A DNA stretch of 63,315 nt, counting the filler, from Welwitschia mirabilis (Eukaryota), in NCBI GenBank assembly GCA_051453625.1. It is 6 parts of one record of this genome, joined end to end, with 100 filler letters (N's around TTAATTAATTAA, not from the genome) between each part and the next. Parts side by side here need not be neighbours in the genome. Positions count along the whole stretch, not along the records: positions 1 to 16,798 come from JBOZIK010000001.1; positions 16,899 to 27,525 come from JBOZIK010000001.1; positions 27,626 to 49,837 come from JBOZIK010000001.1; 3 more parts are not named here. One strand, written 5' to 3'. Within the stretch, counting starts at the first letter, position 1, and every line of letters begins with the position of its first letter. Of the stretch, positions 14,645-27,744 are shown one piece after another. Position numbers and translations under genes: made by a program. The notes beneath the pieces were generated by a model, which did no database searches, was not told the origin of the DNA, and saw nothing but the letters and a program-made list of their open reading frames with translations.

Positions 14645-15089
14645 AGGCTACTAAGGAGCACAAGGATTATTGTCACTCATGTGAGTAAATCGGATTTTGA
14701 TTTAAATATTTATCTATAGTAGCATTGTATTTCTATTTAGAAACTGTAGGCTTTTAGTTTACTATTTTTTATTTTTCTAATTTTTTAAATAATAGTCTAT
14801 TATCTTATCTATTATCCTTGTGGCATTGAGAAGGATAACATAGATTTATCAGTTTATTTTCAATCTATAAATTTTTCTTTTTATAGCTTTAGTAGCATAA
14901 AAATAACCATTGTCTCTACTGTCATCCCCGTAACAAAGTAAGCAATAGATTTCTGTATTCTGTTTTTGGGTTACAGCTTTTAGATCAACTTTCTACTTTC
15001 TGTTTTCGTTATTCCCTATGTCATCATCATGACCAAATGGATAACTGTTAGTTGTTTTTTATTTCATTTTTTATCATTTTCTATTTGAA

Positions 15090-16300
15090 GGATGTTATGA
15101 CATGGTCAATCTAGGAAAGAAATATTAGAGAGAAAGTATGCTAATTGAAAAAGAGAAGGATTGGTCGATTTTGAATTAGAATTAGGTACACAATCTTCAA
15201 GTGCATACAATATCCCTTCTGAGTTTTCTTTTAATCTAATTCCATAAAAGAAAATTTTTTAGAAACTAATTTAAACAAAGATAGTTTTAAGATATCAAAT
15301 GCTATACATAAACAAAATTTAGTCATAGGGTCTTTAATCCCTGGTCCTTATGTGAACCTNNNNNNNNNNNNNNNNNNNNNNNNNNNNNNNNNNNNNNNNN
15401 NNNNNNNNNNNNNNNNNNNNNNNNNNNNNNNNNNNNNNNNNNNNNNNNNNNNNNNNNNNNNNNNNNNNNNNNNNNNNNNNNNNNNNNNNNNNNNNNNNNN
15501 NNNNNNNNNNNNNNNNNNNNNNNNNNNNNNNNNNNNNNNNNNNNNNNNNNNNNNNNNNNNNNNNNNNNNNNNNNNNNNNNNNNCTATTATGTTAAAAGGA
15601 AAGGCAAAACTTTGGTTGAAAACTATACGCCACAAGAGTCTAAAAACTTGAAATCAAGTCTAGGGAGTATTCATTAAAAGATTTATAGATAAAGAAACTA
15701 TTAGAAAAATAAAAAAAGAAGTGATAAATTTCCAATAATAACCAAACAAGAATTATGCTTCTACTTCTGAATGTTTTTTTAATCATAATTTACTCTTATT
15801 CAATAGACACTTCACATAAGAAGAGCTAGTTGATTACTTTTATAGTGGACTACAGTACCAAATAAAATAACTCATAGATTTCTCTTATGCTGGAAATATA
15901 ATAAACCTTACATTAGAAAATGTCTGAAAAACATTAGAAGAACTTATAGAGTAAGCCAAACTTGGTCAACATCGAGAGATAACTACACTATAGGATAAAT
16001 CATTAAGAATTTAAAGGAAGTTAAACAAGAAAAGAAGGTAAGAGGTAATTGAAATAAAAGACAACCTCATAGATTTGATTAAAGAATTTCCAACAACTTT
16101 GGAGAGATAGACTAAGATGATTCTAGATGCAAAATCAACAACTAAAAAGATGTTATACCAACATGTAACTTATGTAAGAATAAATACTGTGTAAGTAAGG
16201 ATTATTTACTATTGCCAACATATAATAAGAAAATGTATCAAGAATTTTGTACTTTCAACTAAAATTTTCAAATTTCAAAATCAAAACAAAAACCATTCAT
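15090..16300 (+). mobile_element. Degenerate Athila-like gag
   Basis: LKGKAKLWLKTI (15590-15630) and LVDYFYSGL (~15825-15852) are retrotransposon gag motifs, downstream of the PBS. Confidence 0.7.
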
Positions 16301-16539
16301 AACCTAGGATGCATATATAATCTAATCCATAAATAAGAAAGTTAAAGCTGTAGAGAGAGGACCAAAAAAAAAAAACACTTATAGTGAATAAGAAAAACAA
16401 CTCTTTAAAGATTCACCAAATAAGATAAAAATAAAAATTAAAAGCTAGCTTTAGGATAAGCATTATGATCAAAAGTACTTAAACTTGATCTAATATGTAC
16501 TAATGTTATAACTCATCAATGTTTAGATCATACCTTAGT

Positions 16540-19217
16540 TAAGCATGATTCTATGTCCAATTCTACTCTTAAGGATTTAAATTTTTCTTCTGATAGAGCC
16601 TTTATAAACATATATGTCAGTTGTTTTTTAATAGTTACATGCTCTAAACCTATTACACTCTATTAAACTTCTTTTATGATGAAATGATATCTTGTATTAA
16701 TGTCTTTTGTACATAAGTGTTAGATTGGGTTCTTTATAATGTTTGTGGCACTAGTATTATCACACATTAGTTGAATTCTTTTTATTTTGGATTTTTCTNN
16801 NNNNNNNNNNNNNNNNNNNNNNNNNNNNNNNNNNNNNNNNNNTTAATTAATTAANNNNNNNNNNNNNNNNNNNNNNNNNNNNNNNNNNNNNNNNNNNNTT
16901 CCAAAAACTTTATAGAATCCACAAGATCTACATGCAACATGTCTAATGGTTCCTTTGTGGATATATCCATTTTAGGTTTGAAATATTCATTTGATATTTT
17001 TCTTGATTCAAGATTTGTAAAATTTAATTTTGGTAAGCCTCTTATCAATTCTTATTGAGATATGGTCTTATATTTTCAACATTAGAGTGCCCCATTCTTC
17101 TATGTCATAACTTTCCTTCACTCTCTTGAGTAAAGTCATACATTTTTCTAAAACTTAACTTTCCTCTACTAGAGTAAAGATTACTTGTTCTATATGCAAG
17201 TAAAGGAATTTTGTTGTTTAAAGCATTTTTAAGAATACATTCATTTTTACAAAAAAATAACCATATTACACATTTGAGCAATACTAAGAAGATCATATTT
17301 TAATCATAAAGATCACTTATTCTAGATGAAATTTAAAGAACTTTATTATTTGAATTATTTGTAACAGCACATTTATTTTTATAAAAAATAATCATATTAC
17401 CTTTATTACACATTTGAACAATTCTAAGAAGATTATGCTTCTAGCCTTCAACATACAAGATATCTTCAATCTTACATAGATTACTTTCATGTACCATCCC
17501 CTTCCTTATGATGGCTACCTTTTTATTATCTCCAAAGGATAGCTATTTACCATCGTAATCAACCAAGGTGTGAAAACATTCTTTATCTCCTATCCTATGT
17601 CTTAAGCACCAACTGTCTAAAAACCATTTTGGATTTCTCTTGCCTTCAAGGTAGTATATGTAAAGAATTCCTTAATGGAATCTTTTTTAATCCATTTTTA
17701 TCCATAGATTTGCTACTTTTTCATCCTTTTGGTCTCCATGAAAACTTGTAATTCTTATAACAAAAGAATTTTCTTTTTCTAATAAGATATGAGAATTAAA
17801 TATGTCTAACCCCACCACAATAATTACAGTAAATATTTAAAAGATATGAAACATTCTGATTGTATCCATACCTCTTTTGTGCAAAGTTTACCTTACATGA
17901 ATGAATGTTGGAGTGTGTCCTTAAATTTCTAACAACATGTTCTTTCCTCAAATATGAAATGGTCTTGATTGCATCTATAAGATTTTCACCAATTCTTTTT
18001 AACTCTTAGTTAACTAGATCAAGTTTAGATTGTAAAGAAGATATTTTAAATTTTAAGGACATGTTCTTATAAGCTAAAGCTTCACAATGAAAATACAATT
18101 TTTAATGTGCATCTTCAATATCCTTAAGAGATTCATGATATACCATTTCATCCTTTGAAATTGTTGGATCTTCATTTTTAGCTGAAATAAAAGCATAGTC
18201 TTCAACAATAGCTAGTAAACCACCTTCTTCTTCTCCATCTCAGGAGCTATTTGATTTATACTCTTCTTCATCATTCCATGTGTCTTTTAGTGCCTTGTTT
18301 ATTTTGATTTTTTCTTTCATAGCATTGGCATACTTGGTTGTAGTGTAACCAAACCCTTTAAACTTAAAGTATTATATAAGTTTCCTATTCTAACTATTAA
18401 CTCTATCATTATTTATTTTGTTAAATTGATCATCATTTGAGCTTATTCATCTTCTCCTAAATTCCTTTTATTTTTATAGAAATCTTTTAAAATTTTTAGT
18501 TAGTAAGGCTAAATCTTCATCATCTTCTTCATTGCTTAACTCATTTTGGCCTTAACTAGGATACTATAGAGTAATGTTTTTGGCTTTAGGTGTATTTATA
18601 GCCAAAACGGTAGGCTTGTATGTAATCAAAGATGCTTTTAACTCCTCTAAACTTATGGTATTCAGATTCTTGCTTTTCTCTATGATAGTAATCTTTGGTC
18701 AAAACCATTTAGACAAGCTCCTTAAAATGTTTCTCATAACTCTTATTTTAGGGATTCTTTCACCAAGTTCTTACATTATATTTACAATGTTGCTCACCTT
18801 GATTGTATGTTCAGTAATAGTTTCTTGCTCTTCCATCCTAATATTTTTAAACTAAGTGGTTAGAAATCGCAATTTTGAATTCTTAACTACACTTGTACCT
18901 TTATGTGCTATTTCAAGAGTGTCACAAACCTCATTTGTTGAAGTGCACTTTACTACTTGATTATATTTTTTAGTGCTAAGAGCACACATAAGAGCATTCA
19001 TTCCTTTAGCATTCATTTTTGCTTCTTCTCGTTCTTCATCAGTCTAACCTGCCAAAGAAGTAGTAGGTTATGAACAACCACATACAATACTATCCCAAAT
19101 GTTTAGATTAAGAGATTTTAGGAAAATAGTCATTTTTATTTTTCAAAATGAATAATTAGATCCACTAAAATAAGGAGGTCTTAAAATTGAGTGACCTTCA
19201 TTAAGATTAAATTCCAT
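16540..19217 (-). mobile_element. Degenerate Sirevirus (SIRE/Maximus)-like Ty1/copia gag-pol; central INT/RT lost in the gap
   Basis: Begins MEFNLNEGHSILRPPYFSGSNYSF*K at 19217. Protease and GAG-pre-integrase regions follow, then LDMLHVDL (~16930). Across the linker lies the copia RNaseH end TKDINTRYHFI..QLTYMFIKAL (16580-16730). Confidence 0.85.
16843..16854. other. Artificial scaffold linker TTAATTAATTAA
   Basis: Flanked by 44 N on each side; has stops in all six frames. Confidence 0.97.
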
Positions 19218-19271
19218 TTAATGAACCTAGAGTGGCAAAAGCCTGTCAAGAGTAACCTTTTTCTAATAGTA

Positions 19272-20600
19272 ATTAAAAATCCCTAGAGGGGGGTTGAATA
19301 AGATTTTATAACTTATATAAATAAAATGTTGTATCCTTCAGTGAATAAACTACTTTGCATGTATAGATTAATAGTAGTTAAAACTAATGCAAAGAAGAAT
19401 AAGACTAGCACACAAGAAATTTATAGTAATTCAACTGTGAGCCTCCTCCACTCTTCAAGGAGAATCAAATACTGTGTCTTCCCTGGTCTTCGTCAATCTC
19501 CTTTAATAGATGATTTTTTGGCTAATCATCAACCCTTTTACATTGATGATTTTAGCTAATCATTAATCCTTTATAATAGTGAGTCTTTTCATAGCTTAAA
19601 ATAAACCACATCAAAAACTTCAAATAAAGTAAAAGTGCCTTAAGAACTAATATTACAATTTGATTGTAGTAGAGAAGATAACACTAATATTAAACTCAAG
19701 AGAGAAGAATAGATATAATGTAAGTTTTTCTTAATTATGTTAATCATTCTAAGTAATATCTCCTTTTCTTTTATAGTGTTCATAAGTAAAATAGCTATTG
19801 GGGTTATTTTTACAAGATCTTTGAAGATAAATAACACTTATTTGGCTACTAGTGGGAGTTAAAACCATTGAAAAGACAATCATCATGATCACCTCAATCT
19901 TTCCACTTCATTCAATGTTTAGAATCCTAAGATCTCAATCATAAACTATCCATTGCACAAAAATCCAAGAGTAGAAACATCCATCCTAACTGAATCGAGA
20001 TGTATACACTAGAAATATTTGATTCTATGTGGAAATATTAACTTTTAGAAGTTGGAAAACCCACATTAAAACATTGGTAATGTCTACACTAAAACAAAAT
20101 TATTATGTGTGGAAGTCTTCATCTTTAGGATTAGGAACATCCACACTAAAATAATGGGGACGTTCGAACTTGTAATGGGCATAGTCCTTCATATAAAAAG
20201 GCTGAGAAGAAGGACATCTAGGTTCTTAGATTAGGGTGTCTACACATGTTAACCATACAAATTACCATACAAATCAACTACAAAGAGTGGGAATGTCTAG
20301 GATACTTGAGTGAAGACATCCACACCTATTAATAGGTCAAACTCATGTATAATTAGATTATGAAGAGTAAAGACATTTATGCCTTTTGAGTAGGGACGTT
20401 TGAGATCCTTTTAGTACTTAAAGTACAAAAACATGAGGCAAGGACATTCACCATTAAAATTAAGGCTCACCAGATAGAAGTTTACCATGTTTAGATCATT
20501 CACTTGTCAGTCTTCAAAAGGTGATGAGCATATTTTACATGCACACTTCATGAACATGCCATTAATCTTTGCAGTGTCATCATTAAAACTCATATTTCCA
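19272..20600 (-). mobile_element. 5' LTR of the Sirevirus-like element, with an internal array of eroded GGACGTCC-like motifs
   Basis: Terminal motif cctagaggggggttgaata lies next to an eroded tRNA-Met PBS (~19260-19271). The other end is gtcatcattaaaactca. Repeated ggacatc/gacgtt/gtcta motifs at 19970-20455. Confidence 0.7.
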
Positions 20601-20619
20601 AGAGTGTAAGCCATTTTAC

Positions 20620-21700
20620 TTACTAAACCTAGTTATTTTGGATGATGATTAAGTCATTTATAAGTGGTCCTTGAAGAAAACCCTAAAATAAGAATTAATA
20701 CAAAGAAAAAATAAAAAGCTAACATAAGAAAAAATTTATATGAATAGATACAATAAGTTAATTACAAGTTATAATGATCATTCAATTTTGCACTCTTTTT
20801 TTTTTTCAAAAAACCTTTAGAATAGAATTNNNNNNNNNNNNNNNNNNNNNNNNNNNNNNNNNNNNNNNNNNNNNNNNNNNNNNNNNNNNNNNNNNNNNNN
20901 NNNNNNNNNNNNNNNNNNNNNNNNNNNNNTTGATGAATCTCTTTGGTGAAAGGATTTGTTACACACTTTAATGTTAGATACAAAGAAGTTATTACTATGA
21001 TATGACATTTTCAAGGAAAACAAAGAATACCTCTCTTTAAGAAAAAATCCTTCCATTGCTACTTTGAGGAAAGAAGATCAAGATTTGTAATATCTTTTAC
21101 TTCTTTCTTTTTCTTCTTAAGAGAGCTGCTTTTGTTGTTGAATGTTTATGTTTGTCAATACTCTAGATTTCCATCTTTGTAGATTATTATACTGTATGCA
21201 TGAAAATCTAATTTACTTAGAATCTACATTAGTTCCACATTATTGTTATAAGAGAGACACTTTGATTGTAAGATTTGTGATGATACTTAAACCATAATGT
21301 GTAAATCCTAAGGAGTTGAATTGGCCATGTTGTAAGGAAAAAACTACAAGAACCTTAAGGGGTTAAGTTAGTTACCTTATGGGAATAAACACATGGCTAA
21401 AAAAAAGCCTTGTATTATTGGTAGTAAGCCTTAAACCATGCACTTTACAATAGGAACATGATCCAAAGTTGTGTTGGTTTCAACCCTCTATATGTAGACT
21501 ACACAAGTTGGGAAAACGTGTTATCTTAGTGAGAGTTTCCATTTTGAAATTTTTAATTTCCTTTATTTGCTAGTTTTTTAATTGAGTTTTATTCTTAGAA
21601 TTTTTCTTTTTTTTGCTTTTTTTTTCTTTTTTTTGAGGTGGTAACTCATTTACCTCTTCCCTCTGAGTTTAATAATCCATAAGGAATCTTCTACGTTCAA
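20620..21700 (+). mobile_element. Sirevirus-like LTR remnant in the opposite orientation
   Basis: ttttggatgatga near the start. ctcatttacctcttccctctgag (~21645-21667) resembles the ctattcacccccctctagg LTR-end motif. Confidence 0.45.
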
Positions 21701-23112
21701 TAGCAAAATGATGCATCAAATGATAAGAAAAGAATAAGGAAAATAGTTAATAATGAAATGCCATTAAAAAAGAAATGAGTTGAGAATTAAAATAGACTTA
21801 CTAAATGTAGATTCACTTAGAGGATGTAAGAAAGTGCATAACTATAAGACCACAATACTTCGTATTCATAGATCTTCAACTCTGTAAAGGGAAAAAAAAA
21901 AGATAAATTGAAATTATGTCTTCCATTTTTTTATGGTTTTATTTTAAATAGTTTGCATGAAAATTCAAAATGATTTTGGAATTTTTATTAATTTAACTTT
22001 TATGCAATTTACTAGGTCATTTATTATTAACTCTAACAAAGCATACAATACAAATTTTAGAAATTATACATCTTAAGTACATATTTATATTATTTATTAA
22101 AGAAAATATATTGGGAAATTATTAGTACTATTTTATTTTAATAATGTTTAAGAAAGTGAGGAGGAGAAAAGAAAGTTTTATTATTTTGTTATGAGGGAAA
22201 CTATAGCTTCTTATGCTATTTTAACGCTAAACCTAATACTCTTAATAGTTGGTAAAGATTTTCTTTGTTACTTTAGAATAACATGGCATTGGTTATGCTA
22301 TCTATTTTCTAGTTTCATAGCTACATCACTAGGTGTTTTGGTTGATGTTTGTAAAACATCTCTAGCATGCCTACTTTATATATCATGTTAATCTTAGTTT
22401 AATTGTTTCATCATTCCCCAACATATGATCATAGTGCATTAATTACAAGATGAACTTTATTCTTATCCTTTGGTTCTTTGTAGTATTTGGATGATTCATA
22501 GGTGGAAATCTCCATTTTGATGTTTTTTATCCTTATTTCAATGCTTTTGATGTGTTTTTTCTAGTTTATCATCTGGTATTGCAAGGCATAAACCTTCCAT
22601 GACATCATCTTCTATTTTTATAAATCACAAGCCACTAACTCTATAAGATATATATATATTTTAAGGATTAGATACTTTGACTTCTACAACTTTGATGCGT
22701 TGTCCCAAATGAAAATGAATTTTTCTTTCTTCATTATATTTTTTGAAATCAGATAAACTATTATAATGTTAATTGAAATTACAAATTCTATCATAACTTG
22801 TGTTTGGTAACTATCATTAGTTAATGAAACAAATGAGTTTTTTTTTTACTTCATTAATAATCATAACTATTTATTTTAAGTTCTTAAATTTTTCTTAATA
22901 AACTTATTTTTTCTACTATTACTTTTGCTTTAGAATGAAATCATTAGCTTTCTGAATTTGGAATTCTTAGATTCATCTTTATCATCTTTAAACTTGCACC
23001 TTTTAGCTTTGAAAGTGATGATTCTTTATGTTTCTATTAGTATTAAATCCTTTGGATTTAAAACTAGTGATTCATGAGGTTTGCATTATCATCTTAGAAC
23101 TTGTAACCTTTT

Positions 23113-23124
23113 GCTCTAATACCA
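23113..23124 (-). promoter_or_regulatory. tRNA-Met primer-binding site of an eroded element
   Basis: Plus-strand gctctaatacca reads TGGTATTAGAGC on the minus strand, one mismatch from TGGTATCAGAGC. Confidence 0.5.
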
Positions 23125-23840
23125 CAATGGAATTTTTTATAGAGTAAAAATACTTTGATGTTAGATTTTTACAATAGTCAAGGAATAAATGCTAAAGCAT
23201 TTATTAATGTGTTTAAGTGAAATGTTAGATCTTTAGGTTGCTTCAAGAGTAGCATGAATGTAAAGTGAAAAATGGAAAAGCAAACTTTATAATAAATTAA
23301 ATGTTTAATAAAAATAATTAGTTAATTGATAATGAATAATTAGTCATTATTACAAATAATATTTTAACCTAAAATTAAGCAGGCAATTCATGAATGGATC
23401 ATCTACCTAAATCTTTTGACTCAAAATTGTATGACTTTAATTGGTTCATTACACTTCTTCTTTTCTAATTGATTTTTCCCTTATATATTATATTGCATGA
23501 ATGATCTTCATCTTTATATAATGCTCCACGAGTAGGAAAGATTGTGCATTCTAGGTTCAAAACAAAACATGTTGTTTTCATGTTTTGTTAACCAAGTTAA
23601 CAACTGCTAGATCAGTTATGTCAACTTGCACACACTCATATGAATTGAGTATTTTATACATGTCTACTATTTTTTATAGTAACATGTTTTTAAGAACTTC
23701 TTAATCTATTCATGTTTCATAATCGTTTTAATATTACATTTGAAAGAAAAGTAACAATTCTTTTGGCACATGTGAAGGGTGGATACATATACTAAATATT
23801 CTCTAATTAATATGTTACCATTAATAGCAAAAGGAGGGAT

Positions 23841-25978
23841 TGTTAATATATACATTTAAGAATTTTATTGATGTCCTTAATGCTAGTAAAATTTTTAAAA
23901 ACTAAGTTATCTACCTTGGTAAAAACCATATGCAAGAGCATTGTTTTTTTTTAGTATAAATCTTAATTAGATTGACTTGTATGCTAGTTAACACAATTGG
24001 ATATAAGCACAAATCCATTAGAAACAAATTTATTTGAGGTTGTCTAAACTCAAGCTACAAGTACTTAGATAACTAGTTTAAAACAAACTTAGTAGGTTAT
24101 TTGAGAGATTGATGTAGTTGAATAGAATGATTTATTCTTTCATGTAAGAAAATAACAAATAGATTTACATTAGGGCAGTTAGATATGTTAAAATTTTATT
24201 TTTGCCAATTGATGTCAAAATAATATGATCTTTGTAGAATGAAATGTGATTTTACAGATGCAAGAAACTGCAGGATCTATATCCAAAAGATAGTAAGATT
24301 TGGACATGTTCTGATTTAAGTAACTTGATTTTCTGTCCATTGACTTAAAGTAGGAGCCAACCAAACTTGGAAATACTCATTTTTAGCTACTTCATATGGG
24401 GTCAACCAGATTTTTGAGGGGTTGATTAGACTTGAAGATGCATTTTTTTAGCTTACAAATATGTACTATGTCCTATGGATCAACCGGATTCATGTGGGGT
24501 TGACCAGCGGTCGACTAGATTTTAGATGGGGGTGACCGAACCAAGTAACATGAGTTACACGGGTTGACTAGATGACAAAGGAGGTGACCGGATCAAGTGA
24601 CATGAGTTACTCGGATCGAGGGGTCGACTGGTCAACGCAGAGGCGGAAATTTTAAAGCAATTTTCTAATCATTACGTCACCAAATCTATCCATTGCAAAT
24701 GTCAAATCCTTTCCAACTATCTAAACAATTATATTTTAGGGAAATCTATAAATAAGAGGCAACACTGAAAAAGCCTGGGGCTTATCATTGAAATGTATTT
24801 TTGAAAAGAAAGGTTTCACTCTTAATCTGAAGGGCTTATTTTTGTACTATCATTCTTCTCTCACTCAGCACTTACCTTTGTATCAAATCTAAGAAATAAG
24901 GCTCCATTATTAGTTCTTNNNNNNNNNNNNNNNNNNNNNNNNNNNNNNNNNNNNNNNNNNNNNNNNNNNNNNNNNNNNNNNNNNNNNNNNNNNNNNNNNN
25001 NNNNNNNNNNNNNNNNNNAAGCTTCTCCTTATGTACTATGTCATGTGGAATTGAATGGACTCATGTGAAGTCGACCGGACCTAAGAAAAAAGGTCAACTG
25101 GATTTTATATAGGGGTGAGTAGACTAAGTAACATGAGTTAATCAGGTTGACCAGATAATAAAGGGGGAAACCAAATCAAGTGAAGTGAGTTACTCTGGTC
25201 GACTGGATGTTCGAGGGTTCGACTAATTAATGTAGAAGTGGAAATTTTGAAGCAATTTTCTAACCATTAATTAAATAAATCTATCAGTTGAAAATGTCAT
25301 ATTCCTTCCCAAATAACTAAATGATTATATTTTAGGAAAAGCTATTTAAAGAGGTAACACTCAAAAACCTAAAGGACTTAACCTTGAAATGGATTTTTGA
25401 AAAGGAAAGTTGCACTCTTAATCTGAAGGACTTATCTTTATACTATTATTCTTCTCTCATTGAGGACTTACCTTTGTACCAAATATAAGCAATAAGGCTT
25501 AATTGTTAGTTCTTTCATTTGAGTGACTTAAGCATAGAGGATTCATTCCCTCACTCACCATTGTGCGTTTTCTGAAGATTGAGACTAAGCCTACGAAAGT
25601 CCATTTTCTGAAGGTTGAGACTAAGCCTACAAAAGTCTGTTTTCTAAAGGTTTAGAGTAAGCATTAAAAATCCATTTATGAAGGTTTAGAATTAGCCTGA
25701 AAAAAGTCCACTTTGTAAGATTGAATGTTAGCCTTGAAAACCTGGTGCATAGTGATGCAACAAAGATCTAGAATAGTTTTGGTTATTAACTATCTTCCAA
25801 GAGTGGAGTAGCGTGTATCCCGAACCACTATAAATCTTATCTTGTACATTTCTTTGGTTCTAATTTTGAGTTTATTTTGTTATATCTTTTTATGTCATAA
25901 TTTTTTTAGTGGGTAGTTATAATTGTTTAAATTTTTAAAAGTCCTATTCACCACCCCTCTAGGGTTGACGATCCAACA
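23841..25978 (+). mobile_element. Sirevirus-like 3' LTR preceded by a PPT
   Basis: PPT AAAAGGAGGGA (23829-23839), TGTT start and end cctattcaccacccctctaggg..tccaaCA. Contains GTCGAC/GTTGAC motif arrays, a TATA (ctataaata, ~24746) and ~36-bp tandem units at 25568-25740. Confidence 0.8.
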
Positions 25979-27569
25979 CATATTAGTTTAACATTAATTG
26001 GTAACATAACATCCTAACAAATCCATGATGGATTCCTTTCCTTAATGTCTTTTTGGAATATTTATCTTTCATGTTAGCATCTTAATGGTTTTATAAAGGC
26101 ATTTTTTCATTAAATTGTATGTATTTTTAAGGCATTGCTTTATTAAATAGATTTTCAAATTTTATATGAATCATCTATCAAAATGCATTCTATTTTTTTG
26201 AAGTTAGAGTATTTTCTTAAGCATAATTTTTAAATAGTTGATAATGAAAAATATTTATGGGATTTCCTTAAATGATTATATTGATATTTTAAATTGTCTT
26301 TTAAAGCTAACACCTTCTACAACTTTGTTAATTCTACTCATATTTTTACTCCTAAATGTAATTATTAATGGAAGGTAAATGATTTAGAGCAATATTAGAA
26401 CCTAACTTTAATTTAGTTTTGAAATTACCTACTCTTCCCAAAATAAAAATTTTTCTTTAGTATCTCTTACATAAGGGGCTTTAGTTAGGAATTTATTTTC
26501 TCTATTTATGACTTTAGTTAGTAGTTTTCTCTTCTTCTGATTTAGATAAGATTCAATATTACACTTTTTATGAATGTAATTATGCAACTTCTATTTGGTT
26601 ATGTGCGTCCTAGGCTCTATAAGGTTTCAAGATAGATTAGAAAGACCTTTTTTTTCTAGAGATGAACCTCATTTGCATCCATATCATTTCTTTTGATAGA
26701 ATCGTATTCATCTTATTGTACTACTTTAAATCTAGAAACATCATTATGAAATCACTTTCCATAAATAAGATGGTTATTATGATTTCTCTTTTAATGAAAA
26801 GGCTTATATTCCTAATTAAGTAGTCCAAGTTCAGTAAACTCATCTATAGGTTAATTACATCTATCTTTTGATGAATTAGGAAGATATTACTTTATTGTCT
26901 TATAGGCGTTTATCTTTCTATCTGCATTTTAATGTTTTAATCTTTAATAATACATAATTTAGTTTCTTTTCATTTGTTATCTTTATATTTGCATTTTATA
27001 ATTCTTCTTTATTAGTATTAGAGATATAATACTAATGAAGATATAACGTTATCAATTAAAGCATATCAACTATCAAAAAACTAGATGTATCGATGTTCAA
27101 TACAAATAAAAATACATCTATATTCATCAAAACATAACACTTCAAAATGTTCCATAAAACCTCTTTAAAAATACCAAGAAAAGAAGCATTATAAAAACCT
27201 ATTTCTTATTATAGACCTCAATAATGTTTTCTACCATAGATATCCATCAACTGCTTATAAAAATTTTTCTTAAATACTCCTTGGTTCTTAGAAATAGCTA
27301 GAATGTCTTTTATGTTATTTATTTTCATGATTTTTTCTAAAGATTCTTGAGCTTTATGGTGATTCTCATTCTAATGTCAATGGAAAAATAACTTTCTATG
27401 GATGATAATAATCTTATTATTGGATGCATGTAGATAAACATCCAATACTACATAATATTCTTTTTATTTAGCTAACTTTGCACTTGCATCATATAGAGCT
27501 TCTTATGTGCTTTCATCTTTATTCANNNNNNNNNNNNNNNNNNNNNNNNNNNNNNNNNNNNNNNNNNNN

Positions 27570-27581
27570 TTAATTAATTAA
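27570..27581. other. Artificial scaffold linker TTAATTAATTAA
   Basis: Same N44-linker-N44 structure. Confidence 0.97.
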
Positions 27582-27625
27582 NNNNNNNNNNNNNNNNNNN
27601 NNNNNNNNNNNNNNNNNNNNNNNNN

Positions 27626-27744
27626 TTTTGAGTTTATTTTATTATATGTTTTTATGTCATAATTTCTTTATTAGGTAGTAGTAATTGTTTAAATTTTTTA
27701 GAAGAACCTATTCACCCCGCCCTCTAGGGTTCTCGATCATATCA
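27626..27744 (+). mobile_element. 3' end of another copy of the same Sirevirus-like LTR
   Basis: Collinear with 25864-25978, including cctattcacccc..ctctagggtt. Confidence 0.75.

Noticed and set aside
22400..23130. Endogenous caulimovirid suggested by a tRNA-Met PBS
   Set aside because: The same PBS is used by many LTR elements, and no movement or coat protein motifs were recognised.
25568..25745. Regularly spaced ~36-bp repeats as a CRISPR-like array
   Set aside because: Contiguous degenerate tandem units inside a plant LTR; no unique spacers and no cas genes.
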